DNA of 64,000 nucleotides from Octopus sinensis. Its lineage: Eukaryota. The position numbers and the translations under genes are program-made. How positions within the stretch are numbered: the stretch's first letter is position 1; every line of letters starts with the position of its first letter. The DNA lies in NCBI RefSeq assembly GCF_006345805.1, contig NC_043011.1, forward strand, positions 9,610,001 through 9,674,000, written 5' to 3'. Below, piece after piece: positions 63,132-64,000 of the stretch. Below the pieces are notes generated by a model, which made no database searches, was not told where the DNA came from, and saw only the letters and a program-made list of their open reading frames with translations.

Positions 63132-63244
63132 ATCTGAGCAAAGATTTTTATGGAAGGCCATCCAGTTGACCATGTATGACCATCATTCCTCCATACTACG
63201 AGTATTGTCCAAAGATAATGTCTTTCAAATTGTTGCTGCCAGAG
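63132..63244 (+). CDS. Candidate internal exon (SEQRFLWKAIQLTMYDHHSSILRVLSKDNVFQIVAAR), product unknown
   Basis: tttcttctccatattgcag acceptor and GAG/gtgagg donor; only one of three frames is open over 113 nt. Confidence 0.45.
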
Positions 63245-63544
63245 GTGAGGAACATCCCCTAAAGTTGATCAAGTAAAGTCAAACACTGCTGGTCTGTCCC
63301 CACCCCCTCCTATGCATCACCACCATCACCATCATCATCATTGTCAGTACCTATCTACCTTCCTACCCACCCACTGTCACTTACACCAAAAGAGAAAAAA
63401 ATAATGAAAGAAACAAAATTTGTGCAGAGGAGGGTGAAAGGAATTGGAAATGAAATAGGCATTGACTAACCTCCTCCCCTCAAAATTGATGGCCTTCTGC
63501 TTAAAGTACGAAACATCATCATCATCAGCATTGTTATTATTATT

Positions 63545-63757
63545 AGGGTGATGAGCTGGTAGAACCGTTAGCATGCTGGGAAAAATGCTTAACACTATTT
63601 CATCTGTCTACATGTTCAGAGTTCAAATTCGGCCAAGATCAACTCTGCCTTTCATCCTTTCAGGGCCAATAAAGTAACTGCTAGTTGAGTACTGGAGTTG
63701 GTATAATCGACTATCCCCCTCTCCCAAATTTCAGGCCTTGTGCCTATAGTAGAAAGG
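63545..63757 (+). mobile_element. SINE family A
   Basis: ATT on both sides; full head, core and tail. Confidence 0.9.
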
Positions 63758-63829
<72 letters not shown>

Positions 63830-63980
63830 GAAGGTGCCAGGCCCTCTGATTTTATTTCCTGAGTTCAAATTCTGCCAAAGTCGACTTTGATTTCATCCTT
63901 TTGGAGTCAATAAAATGAATACCATTTCAGCGTTATGATCAATGTAATCAGCTAGATCCCTCTCCCTAGAATTCATAAGA
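63830..63980 (+). mobile_element. SINE family A fragment
   Basis: gagttcaaattctgccaaagtcgactttgatttcatcc. Confidence 0.7.
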
Positions 63981-64000
63981 AAAGCCCTGAATACTGGATT

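Overview
AT-rich eukaryotic (animal) genomic DNA, very dense in microsatellites and decayed retroelements. The repeat spectrum looks like a coleoid cephalopod, most likely Octopus. This is pattern recognition, not a database result. No intact protein-coding gene, rRNA, tRNA gene or CRISPR array can be supported. Most ORFs in the supplied track are microsatellite read-throughs. Recognisable content: (i) five R4/Dong-clade RLE-type LINE remnants, with the flanked copies lying in the (AAT)n sense; (ii) a HERO-like RLE fragment in (TA)n with a highly structured 3' UTR; (iii) RTE, Tx1/L1 and CR1-like LINE remnants; (iv) at least three SINE-like families in many copies; (v) one Helitron-like, two Helentron/HINE-like and one MITE-like DNA elements; (vi) two hammerhead-ribozyme-like motifs in short Penelope-type repeats, one inside a perfect 56-bp palindrome; (vii) a pre-miRNA-like hairpin; (viii) scattered low-confidence exon candidates on both strands. 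The most interesting themes are strand-polarised microsatellite targeting, microhomology-joined LINE chimeras (including an R4-to-RTE fusion), ribozyme remnants, and many dsRNA-forming inverted structures. Element boundaries were read by eye and may be off by roughly 5-20 bp.
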